A DNA stretch of 64,000 nucleotides from Bacilli bacterium (GCA_045125935.1 JBGVNW010000014.1:15649-79648); one strand, 5' to 3'. Positions 1-10,522 are shown, numbered from the stretch's first letter. Notes: generated by a model from the letters alone, not told the origin. Numbers and translations are program-made.

Positions 1-618
1 GAAGTAGAAATCTTAGAAAGAGCAAAAAAGGCTTTAGAAGAAAATGTTCCTCTTCGCCAATTAAATTTTACAGATGAAGAAAAGAAAATTATTAAATCAT
101 ATAGTTTTTTAACTTTAAAACCTATTATTTATTTAGCAAACATAAAAGAAAGTGAATTAGGAAATCCAGATAATGAATATGTAAAAATGGTTAAAGACTA
201 TGCTTCTAAAGAAAATGCACGTGTAGTTAGTTTGTGTGCCAAGGTTGAAGAAGAGTTAAGTGAACTTACAAAAGAAGAAAAGGAAGAAATGTTAGAAGGT
301 CTAGGGCTAGATGGTTCAGGCTTAGATAAACTTATAACAGCAACTTACGATATTTTAGGCCTAGCAACATATTTTACAGTAGGAAAAGATGAAGTACGTG
401 CTTGGACATTTAGAAAAGGAATGAACGCCAAAGAATGTGCAGGTATAATACATACAGATTTTGAAAGAGGCTTTATTCGTGCAGAAGTTATTTCATATAA
501 TGATTTAATTGAATGTGGAAGTGAACTTAAAGTAAAAGAAGCTGGAAAGGCTCGCTTAGAAGGAAAAGAATACTTAATGCAAGATGGTGATATCTGTCAC
601 TTTAGATTTAATGTTTAA
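1..618 (+). CDS. ychF: Redox-regulated ATPase YchF (5'-truncated by window edge)
   Basis: Frame is open from base 1; C-terminal motifs YFTVGKDEVRAWT, AGIIHTDFERGFIRAEV, GKARLEGKEY..QDGDI..FRFNV; upstream of rpsF. Confidence 0.96.
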   Translation, partial: EVEILERAKKALEENVPLRQLNFTDEEKKIIKSYSFLTLKPIIYLANIKESELGNPDNEYVKMVKDYASKENARVVSLCAKVEEELSELTKEEKEEMLEGLGLDGSGLDKLITATYDILGLATYFTVGKDEVRAWTFRKGMNAKECAGIIHTDFERGFIRAEVISYNDLIECGSELKVKEAGKARLEGKEYLMQDGDICHFRFNV

Positions 619-626
619 GGAGAAAA

Positions 627-1412
627 ATGAAATCGCAAATTAAAATATTTGAAACTGGTATTAATGAAGGCATAATGAGTCGTAATAAGAAATTTTATCC
701 TGAAGATATGTCACAAGATGATATTAATAAATTATTTTTAGAAACAAGAATCAAAGCAGGAAAAATACATAATTTTGATGGCAGAAAAATTTTTCAAGCA
801 AAGCAAAAAACAGATACTAATAATGTTAAATATGAAGATGGAAAATATATTGTATTAACTACTGAACATATGCAAAAAGAAGATTATTGGTATGAAGATT
901 TGCCAGCCGATATTTTAATTATTTCAAATAAATATCAAAACATTGTTGTTGGCAATCAAATGGCAGACTGTCCAATCGTTATAGCTGAAGATAGAAAGCT
1001 AGGCGTAACAGCTCTTGCACACTGTGGAGCAAGCTATATAAATAGAAAACTACCAGTTCAAACAATAGAGGCATTACAAAAAGAATATAATAGTAATCTA
1101 TCAGATATTTACGTATATATTACTAGTTGTGCAAGCAAAGATAACTATATTTATGATTGCTATCCAAAATGGGCAACAAATAAAGAAGTATGGCAAGATT
1201 CAATAATAGGAATTAATGATAATTATCACATTGATATGCAAAAGGCCATAATAAACCAATTAAAAGAAATAGGAATAATCAATATAGACTATAGTGTTAT
1301 TGATACAGTAACAAGTCCTAAATTTTATTCACATAGCGCTTATGCTAAAGGTGATGAATCTAAAAAAGGTCAAAATTTTGTTGGTTTTTACTATATAAAT
1401 GAAAATAAATAG
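627..1412 (+). CDS. YfiH/PgeF (laccase-domain) family protein, divergent
   Basis: ADCP..I, AHCG (usually HAGW), FYSH near the C-terminus; 261 aa. Confidence 0.7.
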   Translation: MKSQIKIFETGINEGIMSRNKKFYPEDMSQDDINKLFLETRIKAGKIHNFDGRKIFQAKQKTDTNNVKYEDGKYIVLTTEHMQKEDYWYEDLPADILIISNKYQNIVVGNQMADCPIVIAEDRKLGVTALAHCGASYINRKLPVQTIEALQKEYNSNLSDIYVYITSCASKDNYIYDCYPKWATNKEVWQDSIIGINDNYHIDMQKAIINQLKEIGIINIDYSVIDTVTSPKFYSHSAYAKGDESKKGQNFVGFYYINENK

Positions 1413-1512
1413 TTAGTTTAATACTAAAATGCAATTTTTATAAAATAATTGAAATTTAAAGGTATAATGCAAGTTATATCTTTATTTTTTAATGAAAAAT
1501 GAAAATAAATTA

Positions 1513-1541
1513 TAGACAAAAAGACATAGATTTGCTATAAT
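1513..1541 (+). promoter_or_regulatory. SigA-type promoter of rpsF-ssb-rpsR
   Basis: TAGACA-17 bp-TATAAT with TG extended -10. Confidence 0.65.
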
Positions 1542-1561
1542 ACATCCGAGTATTTAAAATA

Positions 1562-1602
1562 CTCCTTGCTGTATTTACAGCCGAATAGTCCAAAAGGAGG
1601 TG
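1562..1602 (+). promoter_or_regulatory. S6:S18 ribosomal protein autoregulatory leader RNA
   Basis: CTCCTT-GCTGTA/TACAGC hairpin-CCG-...AAGGAG; the stem sequesters the rpsF SD and has the CCG bulge typical of the Bacillota S6:S18 leader. Confidence 0.7.
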
Positions 1603-1609
1603 CAAGAAA

Positions 1610-1897
1610 ATGAATAAATATGAAATTATGTTTATCGTAAGACCTGATATGGAGGAAGCAGAAATTAAAAAGACTGCTGAAGAAATGAAAAAAGTTTTAA
1701 CTGATAAAGGAGCTAAAGCTTTAGAAGAAAAACAAATGGGTCAAAGAGAACTAGCTTATGAAATTAACAAATTCAAAACTGGATACTATTATTTATATAT
1801 AGTTGAAGCTAACGCTGAAGCAGTTAAAGAATTTGACCGTGTTGCTAGAATTAATGAAAGTTTACTTCGTCATCTAGTTGTAAAAGTAGAAGACTAA
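1610..1897 (+). CDS. rpsF: 30S ribosomal protein S6
   Basis: MNKYEIMFIVRPD, G.RELAYEI, LRHLVV. Confidence 0.98.
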   Translation: MNKYEIMFIVRPDMEEAEIKKTAEEMKKVLTDKGAKALEEKQMGQRELAYEINKFKTGYYYLYIVEANAEAVKEFDRVARINESLLRHLVVKVED

Positions 1898-1913
1898 GAG
1901 AAAGAGGTATATT

Positions 1914-2393
1914 ATGAACAAAGTATTTTTAATTGGAAGACTTACAAGAGATCCTGAGTTAAGATACACTGGTAATAATACAGCTGTAGCAACATTTTCA
2001 TTAGCTGTTAACAGAAACTTCGCTAATCAAGCCGGAGAAAGAGAAGCAGACTTCATAAATATTGTTGTTTGGAGAAAACAAGCTGAAAATGTTAAAAATT
2101 ATTTAACACAAGGTAGTCAAGTTGCTATCGATGGTAGAATTCAAACAAGAAGTTATGATGATAATAATGGACAAAAAAGATATGTTACAGAAGTTATCGC
2201 TGATAATGTAGAATTCATAGGATCAAAATCTTCCTCAACTAATTCTAATAATGCAGGGTATTCACAAGCAAGTGGACCTACACCATACGATTTTGGTAAT
2301 GTGCCAGAACCAAAAGGAACAGACGTTGAAAGTAATCCTTTTGCAGATTTTGGAGCAAGTATTGAAATTAGTGATGATGAATTACCATTCTAA
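1914..2393 (+). CDS. ssb: Single-stranded DNA-binding protein
   Basis: MNKVFLIGRLTRDPELRYT, C-terminal DDELPF. Confidence 0.98.
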   Translation: MNKVFLIGRLTRDPELRYTGNNTAVATFSLAVNRNFANQAGEREADFINIVVWRKQAENVKNYLTQGSQVAIDGRIQTRSYDDNNGQKRYVTEVIADNVEFIGSKSSSTNSNNAGYSQASGPTPYDFGNVPEPKGTDVESNPFADFGASIEISDDELPF

Positions 2394-2408
2394 AAAGGAG
2401 GAAAGACG

Positions 2409-2624
2409 ATGGCAGAATTTAATCGTAGAAAGAAAAAAGTTTGTATGATGTGTACTGGAAAAACTGTTGATTACAAAGATCCAGAAACATTAAGAAGATA
2501 TACAAATGAAAAAGGTAAAATTGTACCAAGACGTGTAACAGGAAACTGTGCACTTCATCAAAGATATATTGCAAAACAAGTAAAAAGAGCACGTGCTATT
2601 GCATTAATGCCTTATTCAAGATAA
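2409..2624 (+). CDS. rpsR: 30S ribosomal protein S18 (Zn-binding type)
   Basis: Cxx[30 protein letters not shown]. Confidence 0.98.
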   Translation: MAEFNRRKKKVCMMCTGKTVDYKDPETLRRYTNEKGKIVPRRVTGNCALHQRYIAKQVKRARAIALMPYSR

Positions 2625-2625
2625 G

Positions 2626-2651
2626 AGAGTATACCTTAGGGTATACTTTTT
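2626..2651 (+). terminator. Intrinsic terminator after rpsR
   Basis: AGTATACC-TTAG-GGTATACT followed by a T-run. Confidence 0.8.
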
Positions 2652-2733
2652 CTTTACCTGAAAACTTCCGTAACTATTAGACAAATAAGTTAAATTATTA
2701 TATAATAAAACTGATATACGTGAGGAGATCAAA

Positions 2734-3723
2734 ATGAAAATTATCGATCAAAGAAAAGACCTAAACAAAGCAATAAAGAAAAGCGATACAATATTTTTAA
2801 TGGCGCACAAAGATCTTGATTTAGATGCTCTTGGAAGTTGTGTTGGTTTAAATATTATTCTTACTGCTAAAAAGAAAAAGTGTTATATAATAGTTGATGA
2901 TAAAAATCACGAACTTGGAGTAAAAAAAGTACTTCAAGAACTAGAAGGGTGCATTACTACTATAAAAAGTGAAGATATTGATAAATATCTAAACCCAAAA
3001 GATAAAAAGAATTTGTTAATTATTTTAGATACTAATAAATCTGATCTTGTTCAATCAAAAGAACTATTAAAAAGAATTGAAAATAAAATAGTAATTGATC
3101 ATCATGAAGTTGGTAAAGGAACCATTAAAGATGCTACTTTAATAATTGATAACGAAGTATCGAGTGCCTGTGAAATGATCACTGAACTAGTTGAATATTA
3201 TGATGTTGAAATTGAACCATACTATGCAACAGTATTACTATCAGGAATTGTTTTAGATACCAATAATTTCACTTTGAAAACAACAGCCGAAACATATTAT
3301 GCTGCATATTTTTTAACGAGTTTAGGGGCAAGTGCCAAAAAAGTTCAATATTTATTAAAACAAGATATTATGGAATATACTGAAAGACAAAAATTACTTG
3401 CCGATATTGAAACAATTAATGGTAAAATAGCATTTACTAAAGCCACACCATATACGATATATCGACGTGAAGACTTAGCTAAAGTAGCAGATACGCTATT
3501 ATTCTTTAATAACATTGAAGCATCCTTTGTTATTGGAAAGATTGGAAAAGAAACAGTTGGAATAAGCGCTAGAAGCTTAGGAAACTATGATATTAATTCT
3601 ATTCTAACAAAATTAGGCGGAGGCGGCGATGCATACAATGGAGCTGCAAAATTTGAAAAGACAACAATCAGTAAAGTAGAACAAAGATTAAAGAAAGAAA
3701 TTGATAATCAGGAGGGTGAATAA
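2734..3723 (+). CDS. DHH/DHHA1 phosphoesterase at the gdpP locus, lacking the TM/PAS/GGDEF N-terminus
   Basis: H..LDLDALGS, IDHH, SSACE, DTNNF, ISARS, GGGG; located between rpsR and rplI like gdpP/yybT. Confidence 0.85.
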   Translation: MKIIDQRKDLNKAIKKSDTIFLMAHKDLDLDALGSCVGLNIILTAKKKKCYIIVDDKNHELGVKKVLQELEGCITTIKSEDIDKYLNPKDKKNLLIILDTNKSDLVQSKELLKRIENKIVIDHHEVGKGTIKDATLIIDNEVSSACEMITELVEYYDVEIEPYYATVLLSGIVLDTNNFTLKTTAETYYAAYFLTSLGASAKKVQYLLKQDIMEYTERQKLLADIETINGKIAFTKATPYTIYRREDLAKVADTLLFFNNIEASFVIGKIGKETVGISARSLGNYDINSILTKLGGGGDAYNGAAKFEKTTISKVEQRLKKEIDNQEGE

Positions 3724-3724
3724 T

Positions 3725-4165
3725 ATGGAAGTAATATTCATTAAAGATTTAAAGAATCAAGGTAAAAAAGGACAAATAAAAGAAGTAAAAGATGGCTATG
3801 CTCAAAATTTTCTTATAAAAAATGGTTATGCTGTAGCAAAGACAAAAGAAAACTTATCAAAATTACAAGCTGAACAAGCAAAAAAAGCCGCAACCGATCA
3901 AGAAAATAAAAAGCAAGCAGAAGCCTTAAAAGTAGAATTAGATAAAACAGTTTTAGAGTTCAAAGTAAAAACTGGTGAAGGTGATAAAGTATTCGGAAGT
4001 ATTAGTGTTAAGCAAATAAAAGATGAATTACAAAAGAAAAACTTCAAAATAGAAAAAAGCCAAATTGAGGTTACTAATACAATTGCTTCGTTAGGATTTC
4101 ACAATGTAAAAATTAACTTATATCCTGGAGTAGAAGCAACTATTAAAGTTCATCTAGTAAAATAG
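3725..4165 (+). CDS. rplI: 50S ribosomal protein L9
   Basis: MEVIFIKD..GKKG..KEVKDGYAQNFL, FGSIS; start at ATG 3725 behind the GGAGG SD. Confidence 0.97.
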   Translation: MEVIFIKDLKNQGKKGQIKEVKDGYAQNFLIKNGYAVAKTKENLSKLQAEQAKKAATDQENKKQAEALKVELDKTVLEFKVKTGEGDKVFGSISVKQIKDELQKKNFKIEKSQIEVTNTIASLGFHNVKINLYPGVEATIKVHLVK

Positions 4166-4175
4166 AGGTGGTATT

Positions 4176-5522
4176 ATGGCAACTAGAGTTATGCCTAACA
4201 ATTTAGAAGCTGAGGAATCCGTTTTAGGTGCATGTTTTCTATCAAAGTATGCTCTTCAAAAAGCTATAGAAAATTTGTTACCAGAATCATTTTATAGTGA
4301 GAAAAATGCCAAAATATTTTCGGCAATGACATCCTTAGCTGAAGAAAAAACTCCAATTGATATTACAACAGTTACAGGTTATTTAAATAAAAGAAATGAA
4401 TTATCAGAAGTTGGGGGAGTAGAATATTTAACTGAAGTATTGAACTTTGTTCCAACAGCAAGTAATGTTGATTACTATATTCAAAGTGTAGAAGAAGCTG
4501 CCATTCTACGTAAGCTAATTGAAACTGCAACAGAAATAGCATCAGAAGGATATAGAACGGATGAGTCTGTAAATGAAATATTAGATAATTCAGAAAAAAG
4601 AATTTTAAATATTGTTAAAAACCGTAAATCTAGTGAGTTCAGAACAATAAAAGATGTTCTAGCAAAGACTCAAGCAGACTTGGAGAGATTATCAGAAAAT
4701 AAAGGTGAAATTACAGGTTTAGCAACAGGTTGGTATGATTTTGATAAGCTAACTACTGGATTACATCCAAATGAATTTATCATTATTGCAGCCCGTCCAG
4801 CAATGGGAAAAACTGCTTTTGCCTTAAATTTAGCAACACATGCCGCAATGACGCAAGATAAAAGTGTTGCTGTATTTAACTTAGAAATGTCTGCTGAGCA
4901 GTTAGCAATGCGTATTTTATCATCAGTAGGGCAATTAGAAGGTTTCAAACTACGTACAGGTAATTTAATGAATAATGACTGGAAAAGAATTAACGAAGCC
5001 TCATCTCAATTAGCTAATACTAATTTAGTTATTGATGATACACCAGGAATAACAATTGGTGAAATAAGAGCAAAATGCCGCCGTTTAGCAAGTAGTGAAA
5101 AAGGTTTAAGCTTAGTCGTAATCGACTACTTACAGTTGATTTCCGGAGGAAAAAACTATGGTTCTAATCGTCAACAAGAAGTTTCAGATATATCAAGAAG
5201 CTTAAAGACGTTAGCTATGGAATTAGGTGTTCCAGTAATTGCCTTATCGCAATTATCACGTAGTGTTGAGGCACGTGAAGATAAAAGACCATTAATGAGT
5301 GACTTAAGAGAATCTGGTTCAATCGAACAAGATGCTGATATTGTAGCATTCCTATATCGTGATGATTATTACAATAAAGAAGCAAGAACTGAAGATAATA
5401 ACAGTATCAGTGAATTAATAATTGGTAAACATCGTAATGGACCAACCGCAACAATTGAATTACTATTCAAAAAAAATACATCAACATTCTTAAACTTAAA
5501 AAGGGATAATATGGAGGGTTAA
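4176..5522 (+). CDS. dnaB: Replicative DNA helicase
   Basis: AARPAMGKTAF, IDYLQL, LSQLSR, DLRESGSIEQDAD, KHRNGPT. Confidence 0.98.
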   Translation: MATRVMPNNLEAEESVLGACFLSKYALQKAIENLLPESFYSEKNAKIFSAMTSLAEEKTPIDITTVTGYLNKRNELSEVGGVEYLTEVLNFVPTASNVDYYIQSVEEAAILRKLIETATEIASEGYRTDESVNEILDNSEKRILNIVKNRKSSEFRTIKDVLAKTQADLERLSENKGEITGLATGWYDFDKLTTGLHPNEFIIIAARPAMGKTAFALNLATHAAMTQDKSVAVFNLEMSAEQLAMRILSSVGQLEGFKLRTGNLMNNDWKRINEASSQLANTNLVIDDTPGITIGEIRAKCRRLASSEKGLSLVVIDYLQLISGGKNYGSNRQQEVSDISRSLKTLAMELGVPVIALSQLSRSVEAREDKRPLMSDLRESGSIEQDADIVAFLYRDDYYNKEARTEDNNSISELIIGKHRNGPTATIELLFKKNTSTFLNLKRDNMEG

Positions 5523-5523
5523 A

Positions 5524-7038
5524 ATGAATAGTCAAAAAAGGAAATTACTAGTGTGTTTAGTTTTACTCTTATCATTATTCACAACAACAGGAGTATCTAT
5601 TAGAAAATTTACTCCACATGATGTATACAGAGTTTATCTAAAGGGTAAATCCCTTGGATTAATTCAGTCAAAAGAACAACTAGAAGAATATATTGATAAG
5701 AAACAGGCTGAAATCAAAGAAAAATATGGTGTTGATAAAGTATATATTCCATCAGATTTAGATATTGTAAAAGAAACAACTTATGACAACCGTTTAACTT
5801 CTATTGAAAAAATCTACAATAGTATAAAAGATATATCACCATTTACAATTAGTGGATATGCAATAAAAATAAAAGGTGTAGATTCAACAGACAGTGAAGG
5901 TAAAACAGTAAAAGTTGAAGATCAAACAATTTACGTACTAGATAAAAAAATATTTACAGAATCAGTCGATAATACTGTAAAAGCATTTATATCAGAAGAA
6001 GATTATAATGCCTTTGCGGAAGAAACTCAAAAAGAAATTGAAGATACTGGTAAAATAATTGAAAAGATTTATATCGAAAATACAATCACAATAAAAAAAC
6101 AAAAAATCCCAGTAAATGAGACAATTTATCAAACATCAGCTGATTTAAGTAAATACCTTCTTTTTGGAACCACTGAAGATCAAAAAACATATACAGTTCA
6201 AGATGGTGACACAATAGAAGATATAGCTTTCAATAATAAAATATCAGTTGAAGAATTTTTAATTGCTAATCCAGATATAGTCGATGAAAAGAGTCTTTTA
6301 TATCCAGGACAAGTTGTAACATTAGGAATTTTAAAACCACAATTTAACGTTGTAGAGCAAGATCACGTTGTTTTCCGTGAAGAGATTCGTTATACAACAG
6401 AAACAAGATATGATAATAATCAATATGTTGGTTATACAAAATTAGAACAATCCGGTGCAAACGGTGAACAAAAAGTAGCCCAAAAAGTTCTAAAAGTAAA
6501 TGGCGAAACCAAAAATACTGTTAATGTAACTACAGAAGTAATAACTCCAGCAACAACAGAAATCATCATAAAAGGTGGTAAAAAGAGTAATTATAATGGT
6601 TATGGAACCGTTGTACCAACTAAAGGTGAATGGGGATGGCCAGCATCGTGTGGTTCAGTTTCTAGTAACTTTGGATGGCGTTGGGGAACATTACATGATG
6701 GTACCGATATTGCCGGATGTGGATATGGTTCAAACATCTTTGCGGCACAAGCTGGTACTGTTGTTGAATCAAAGAAGAAAACAGGTTATTATCCAGGTGG
6801 ATATGGTGATAATGGAGAATACATAATTATTGACCATCATAATGGTTATTATACAATTTATGCCCATCTATGTACCGGATGTCGTACAGTTCAGGTAGGA
6901 GATGTAGTAGAAAAAGGACAAGTAATTGGTGGAATGGGTAACACCGGAGCTGCAACAGGAGTTCACTTACATTATGGTTTATGGAAAGGATATCCTTACA
7001 AAGGTGGAGTAGCGTTAAACGCTATGAATTACTATTAA
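5524..7038 (+). CDS. LysM/G5/M23 peptidoglycan endopeptidase
   Basis: Signal peptide, LysM (YTVQDGDT...NP), G5-like segment, M23 motifs HDGTD and HLH. Confidence 0.88.
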   Translation: MNSQKRKLLVCLVLLLSLFTTTGVSIRKFTPHDVYRVYLKGKSLGLIQSKEQLEEYIDKKQAEIKEKYGVDKVYIPSDLDIVKETTYDNRLTSIEKIYNSIKDISPFTISGYAIKIKGVDSTDSEGKTVKVEDQTIYVLDKKIFTESVDNTVKAFISEEDYNAFAEETQKEIEDTGKIIEKIYIENTITIKKQKIPVNETIYQTSADLSKYLLFGTTEDQKTYTVQDGDTIEDIAFNNKISVEEFLIANPDIVDEKSLLYPGQVVTLGILKPQFNVVEQDHVVFREEIRYTTETRYDNNQYVGYTKLEQSGANGEQKVAQKVLKVNGETKNTVNVTTEVITPATTEIIIKGGKKSNYNGYGTVVPTKGEWGWPASCGSVSSNFGWRWGTLHDGTDIAGCGYGSNIFAAQAGTVVESKKKTGYYPGGYGDNGEYIIIDHHNGYYTIYAHLCTGCRTVQVGDVVEKGQVIGGMGNTGAATGVHLHYGLWKGYPYKGGVALNAMNYY

Positions 7039-7793
7039 TGCAAGCAAAAGTAATTGCCAGTGGCTCAAAAGGAAATTGTGCCATAGTATTATGTAAAGAT
7101 ACAAAAATTATCATTGATATGGGAATTTCCTACTTAACTTTAAAGAAAAGTTTAGAGGAGAATTCCCTTTCTTTTGATGATTTTTCAGGAATATTAATTA
7201 CCCATTGTCACAAAGATCATATAAGTGGATTAACATCTCTAATAAAAAAGACAAAGTTAAATGCTTATATTCCAGAAAAAATGTATGATAGCTTAAAAGA
7301 ATACTTACCACTAGATAAATGTATATTTATTGATGATAACTTTAATATTAACGATGTCAATATTGAACTAATCCATACATCACACGATGCACCTAGTTCG
7401 GTAGGTTTCATTTTTGAATTTGAAGGAAAGAGCCTAGTATATGTAACGGATACTGGTTATATTAATCGAAAATATCTTGCCAAAATGGTAGAAAAAGATG
7501 CCTACATAATTGAAAGTAACCATGATGAGGTAATGTTGATGGATGGTCCCTATCCAAGATTTTTAAAAGAAAGAGTCATCAGTGATCAAGGCCATTTATC
7601 AAATACAACAACCGCAAAATATTTGCGGAAAATAGTAGGAGAAAATACAAAAAATATTATATTAGCCCATTTAAGTGAAACAAATAATACTGAAGAATTA
7701 GCCCTAGAAACTACTAAAAAAGAACTAGAGGGAAAAAATATAAATATTATTGCTGCTAGACAACATGAAGGTAGTCCTTTAATAGAGGTGTAA
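7038..7793 (+). CDS. MBL-fold hydrolase, YycJ/WalJ family
   Basis: ASGSKGN, THCHKDH, SHDA, TDTG, ESNHD, GHLSN, AHLS; ATG 7038 overlaps the upstream stop. Confidence 0.88.
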   Translation: MQAKVIASGSKGNCAIVLCKDTKIIIDMGISYLTLKKSLEENSLSFDDFSGILITHCHKDHISGLTSLIKKTKLNAYIPEKMYDSLKEYLPLDKCIFIDDNFNINDVNIELIHTSHDAPSSVGFIFEFEGKSLVYVTDTGYINRKYLAKMVEKDAYIIESNHDEVMLMDGPYPRFLKERVISDQGHLSNTTTAKYLRKIVGENTKNIILAHLSETNNTEELALETTKKELEGKNINIIAARQHEGSPLIEV

Positions 7794-7794
7794 A

Positions 7795-8250
7795 ATGATA
7801 AAAATAATTACTGTAGGAAATATAAAAGAAAAATATTTAAAAGAAGCAATTGAAGAATATAGTAAAAGAATAAGAAAATATACTAATCTTGAAATAATTG
7901 AAGTAAAAGATGAAGGCTTAGTTGAAGAATCTAAAGCAATCGCCTTAGAGGGAACAAAAATAAATAAGTATATTAGTCCTAAAGACTACTTAATTACTAT
8001 GGAAATAGACGGCAAAGAAATGACTTCAGTCGAGTTTTCTGAGAAATTAAATCAAATCTTAATAGAAAATAGTAACATCGTCTTTGTAATTGGTGGAAGC
8101 TATGGATTAAGTCAAGACATAAAAACACAAGCAAAACTTCATTTATCATTTTCTAAGATGACATTCCCACATCAATTATTTAGAGTAATGCTTTTAGAAC
8201 AAATATATCGTTCATATAAAATAATGAATAATGAAAGTTACCACAAATAA
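7795..8250 (+). CDS. rlmH: 23S rRNA pseudouridine-1915 N3-methyltransferase
   Basis: VGNIKEKY, FVIGGSYG, MTFPHQLFRVMLLEQIYR, terminal YHK. Confidence 0.97.
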   Translation: MIKIITVGNIKEKYLKEAIEEYSKRIRKYTNLEIIEVKDEGLVEESKAIALEGTKINKYISPKDYLITMEIDGKEMTSVEFSEKLNQILIENSNIVFVIGGSYGLSQDIKTQAKLHLSFSKMTFPHQLFRVMLLEQIYRSYKIMNNESYHK

Positions 8251-8260
8251 GGAGTAGACT

Positions 8261-8923
8261 ATGATTGGAAATAATTGGGATAATTTATTAAAACAAGAGT
8301 ATCAAAAAGAATATTTTGTTAACTTAATGAATTTTATAAAAAAAGAATATAAAGAAAAAACAATATATCCTAAACAAAATGAAGTATTTAATGCTTTTCG
8401 CTATACAGACTTTGATAATGTAAAAGTTGTAATTTTAGGACAAGATCCGTATCATGGTCCGAATCAGGCAGAGGGGCTATCTTTTTCGGTAAGTAATGAT
8501 GTTCTAAAACCACCATCATTAAAAAACATTTTTAAAGAACTAGAAAGTGACTTAGGAATACCTTTTCCGGAAGCAAACTCACTAAAACCATGGGCTAGAG
8601 AAGGTGTTTTATTACTTAATGCAGTATTAACAGTACAAGAGCATACCCCAACATCCCACAAAGACAAGGGTTGGGAAACATTTACTGATAATGTAATTAA
8701 AATAATTAATACAAAACAAACACCAGTAGTTTTCATTTTATGGGGAAGTTATGCACGAAATAAGAAAAGTTTGATTACAAATCCAATTCATTATATTATT
8801 GAGTCTCCTCATCCATCGCCATTTTCTGCATATAATGGTTTCTTTGGAAGTAGACCATTTTCTAAAACAAATGCATTTTTAAAGAGCAAAGGTCTAAAAG
8901 AAATAGACTGGCGAGTAGAATAA
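8261..8923 (+). CDS. ung: Uracil-DNA glycosylase
   Basis: GQDPYH, PPSL, LLLNAVLTV, HPSP. Confidence 0.98.
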   Translation: MIGNNWDNLLKQEYQKEYFVNLMNFIKKEYKEKTIYPKQNEVFNAFRYTDFDNVKVVILGQDPYHGPNQAEGLSFSVSNDVLKPPSLKNIFKELESDLGIPFPEANSLKPWAREGVLLLNAVLTVQEHTPTSHKDKGWETFTDNVIKIINTKQTPVVFILWGSYARNKKSLITNPIHYIIESPHPSPFSAYNGFFGSRPFSKTNAFLKSKGLKEIDWRVE

Positions 8924-8924
8924 A

Positions 8925-8974
8925 AAAGAACTTAGAATTTATGTTTACTAAAAGCATAATAATCTAAGTTCTTT
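8925..8974. terminator. Bidirectional terminator-like hairpin between ung and pta
   Basis: AAAGAACTTAGA ... TCTAAGTTCTTT inverted repeat between convergent genes. Confidence 0.6.
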
Positions 8975-8984
8975 CATTTTATAA

Positions 8985-9974
8985 TTATTGATTTTGTCCT
9001 TGTACTGCAGTGATAGCTACAACCCCAACAATATCATCTACGCTACAGCCTCTAGATAAGTCATTAACTGGAGCGGCAATTCCTTGACATATTGGTCCAA
9101 AAGCATCAGCTTTTGCTAATCTTTGAACTAATTTATACCCAATATTTCCTGCATCTAAATCTGGAAAAACTAACACGTTAGCATGACCTGCAACAGCGCT
9201 ATTAGGCGCTTTAGAAGCAGCAACTTCAGGAACAATAGCTGCATCTAATTGTAATTCTCCATCAATTTTATATTGTGGATATTTTTCTTTTGCAATTCTA
9301 GTAGCTTCAACTACTTTATCAACATCAGCATGTTTTGCACTTCCCATAGTTGAATGAGATAGCATCGCAACCATTGGTTCTTCTTCTACAAGTAATTTAA
9401 AACTTTCAGCACAACTAGCCGCTATTGCAGCTAATCTCTCAGGAGTAGGATTTTGTTCTAAACCTGAATCTGCGAAGATAAAAGTGCCATTATGCCTATA
9501 GCAACAATTAGGAACTGTCATTAGGAAAAATGCTGAAACTAACTCAGTACCAGGCTTAGTTTTAATTATTTGTAATGCAGGTCTTAATGTGTTAGAAGTA
9601 GAATGACATGCACCAGATACTACACCATCAGCTCTACCAGTTTTAACCAACATACAAGCAAAATACATATAATCTTCTAATAATAACTTTTTAGCCTCTT
9701 CATAAGTTAAACCTTTACTTTTTCTAAGCTCAACTAATTCATTAATTAATTCCTCTGTATCTTCACAAAATTCTGGATCAATAATAGTTGCTTTACTAAC
9801 ATCGCATCCAAATTCATTAATTTTATCTTTATTGCCAATTAATATTATATTAGCAATGCCTTCTTTAATTACTGCCTCAGCAGCCTGAACTACTCTTAAA
9901 TCCATAGATTCAGGTAATACAATAGTCTTTATATCTTTTTTAGCTCTATTCTTTATATTATCAATAAAACTCAT
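8985..9974 (-). CDS. pta: Phosphate acetyltransferase
   Basis: IVLPE, ADGVVSGA, MLSHST.GS, DGELQLDAA, FPDLDAGNIGYK, NDLSRG. Confidence 0.97.
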   Translation of the reverse strand: MSFIDNIKNRAKKDIKTIVLPESMDLRVVQAAEAVIKEGIANIILIGNKDKINEFGCDVSKATIIDPEFCEDTEELINELVELRKSKGLTYEEAKKLLLEDYMYFACMLVKTGRADGVVSGACHSTSNTLRPALQIIKTKPGTELVSAFFLMTVPNCCYRHNGTFIFADSGLEQNPTPERLAAIAASCAESFKLLVEEEPMVAMLSHSTMGSAKHADVDKVVEATRIAKEKYPQYKIDGELQLDAAIVPEVAASKAPNSAVAGHANVLVFPDLDAGNIGYKLVQRLAKADAFGPICQGIAAPVNDLSRGCSVDDIVGVVAITAVQGQNQ

Positions 9975-9988
9975 CTTAATTCCTCTTT

Positions 9989-10522
9989 CTATTTATCATT
10001 TAAAATATCATATATTTCTTTCTTTTCGTTATTATAAAAATCTTTCTTCTTATATCTTTTTAAAAATGCCAAAATACTAGTTGGAAAAGAAGAAACTAAC
10101 TTATTAAATACAACAACTCCATCATTATAAAACTTAATTGCAGCAGTTAAATCAATTTCATTACTATTAATATCATTAATAATTGTTGCCAGAGTCTCAC
10201 TTTTAAATAATTTTTCATTTTCATCTAACACCTTAAAAAACTCATCTGAATTTTTCTTTAATAGAGTATTTAACTCAAACAAACTTATATCTGCCTCTTT
10301 TTTACTCTCAAGTTCTTCCAAAAATTCTTCCATTTTTAATTCTTTCTTTACAACAGGAGCAGATCTATTTAAAAGATCTAATTTTTTATGTAATAATACA
10401 TCAATATTATTTTCAGCTTCCTCCATCTTTATAATTGCAAATTGAAATTTATTGTGTCCTATAACTATAAAAATTAATATAAAAGCTATAACTACAACAA
10501 CCCCAAGAACTAATTCTAACAT
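9989..10522 (-). CDS. LemA-like protein
   Basis: N-terminal TM, IDVLL..K.DL, ..FYN..V..FN..V..FP pattern. Confidence 0.7.
   Translation of the reverse strand: MLELVLGVVVVIAFILIFIVIGHNKFQFAIIKMEEAENNIDVLLHKKLDLLNRSAPVVKKELKMEEFLEELESKKEADISLFELNTLLKKNSDEFFKVLDENEKLFKSETLATIINDINSNEIDLTAAIKFYNDGVVVFNKLVSSFPTSILAFLKRYKKKDFYNNEKKEIYDILNDK

Noticed and set aside
7795..8260. SCC-like insertion at the rlmH 3' end
   Set aside because: ung follows 10 bp after the stop, with no duplication or recombinase.
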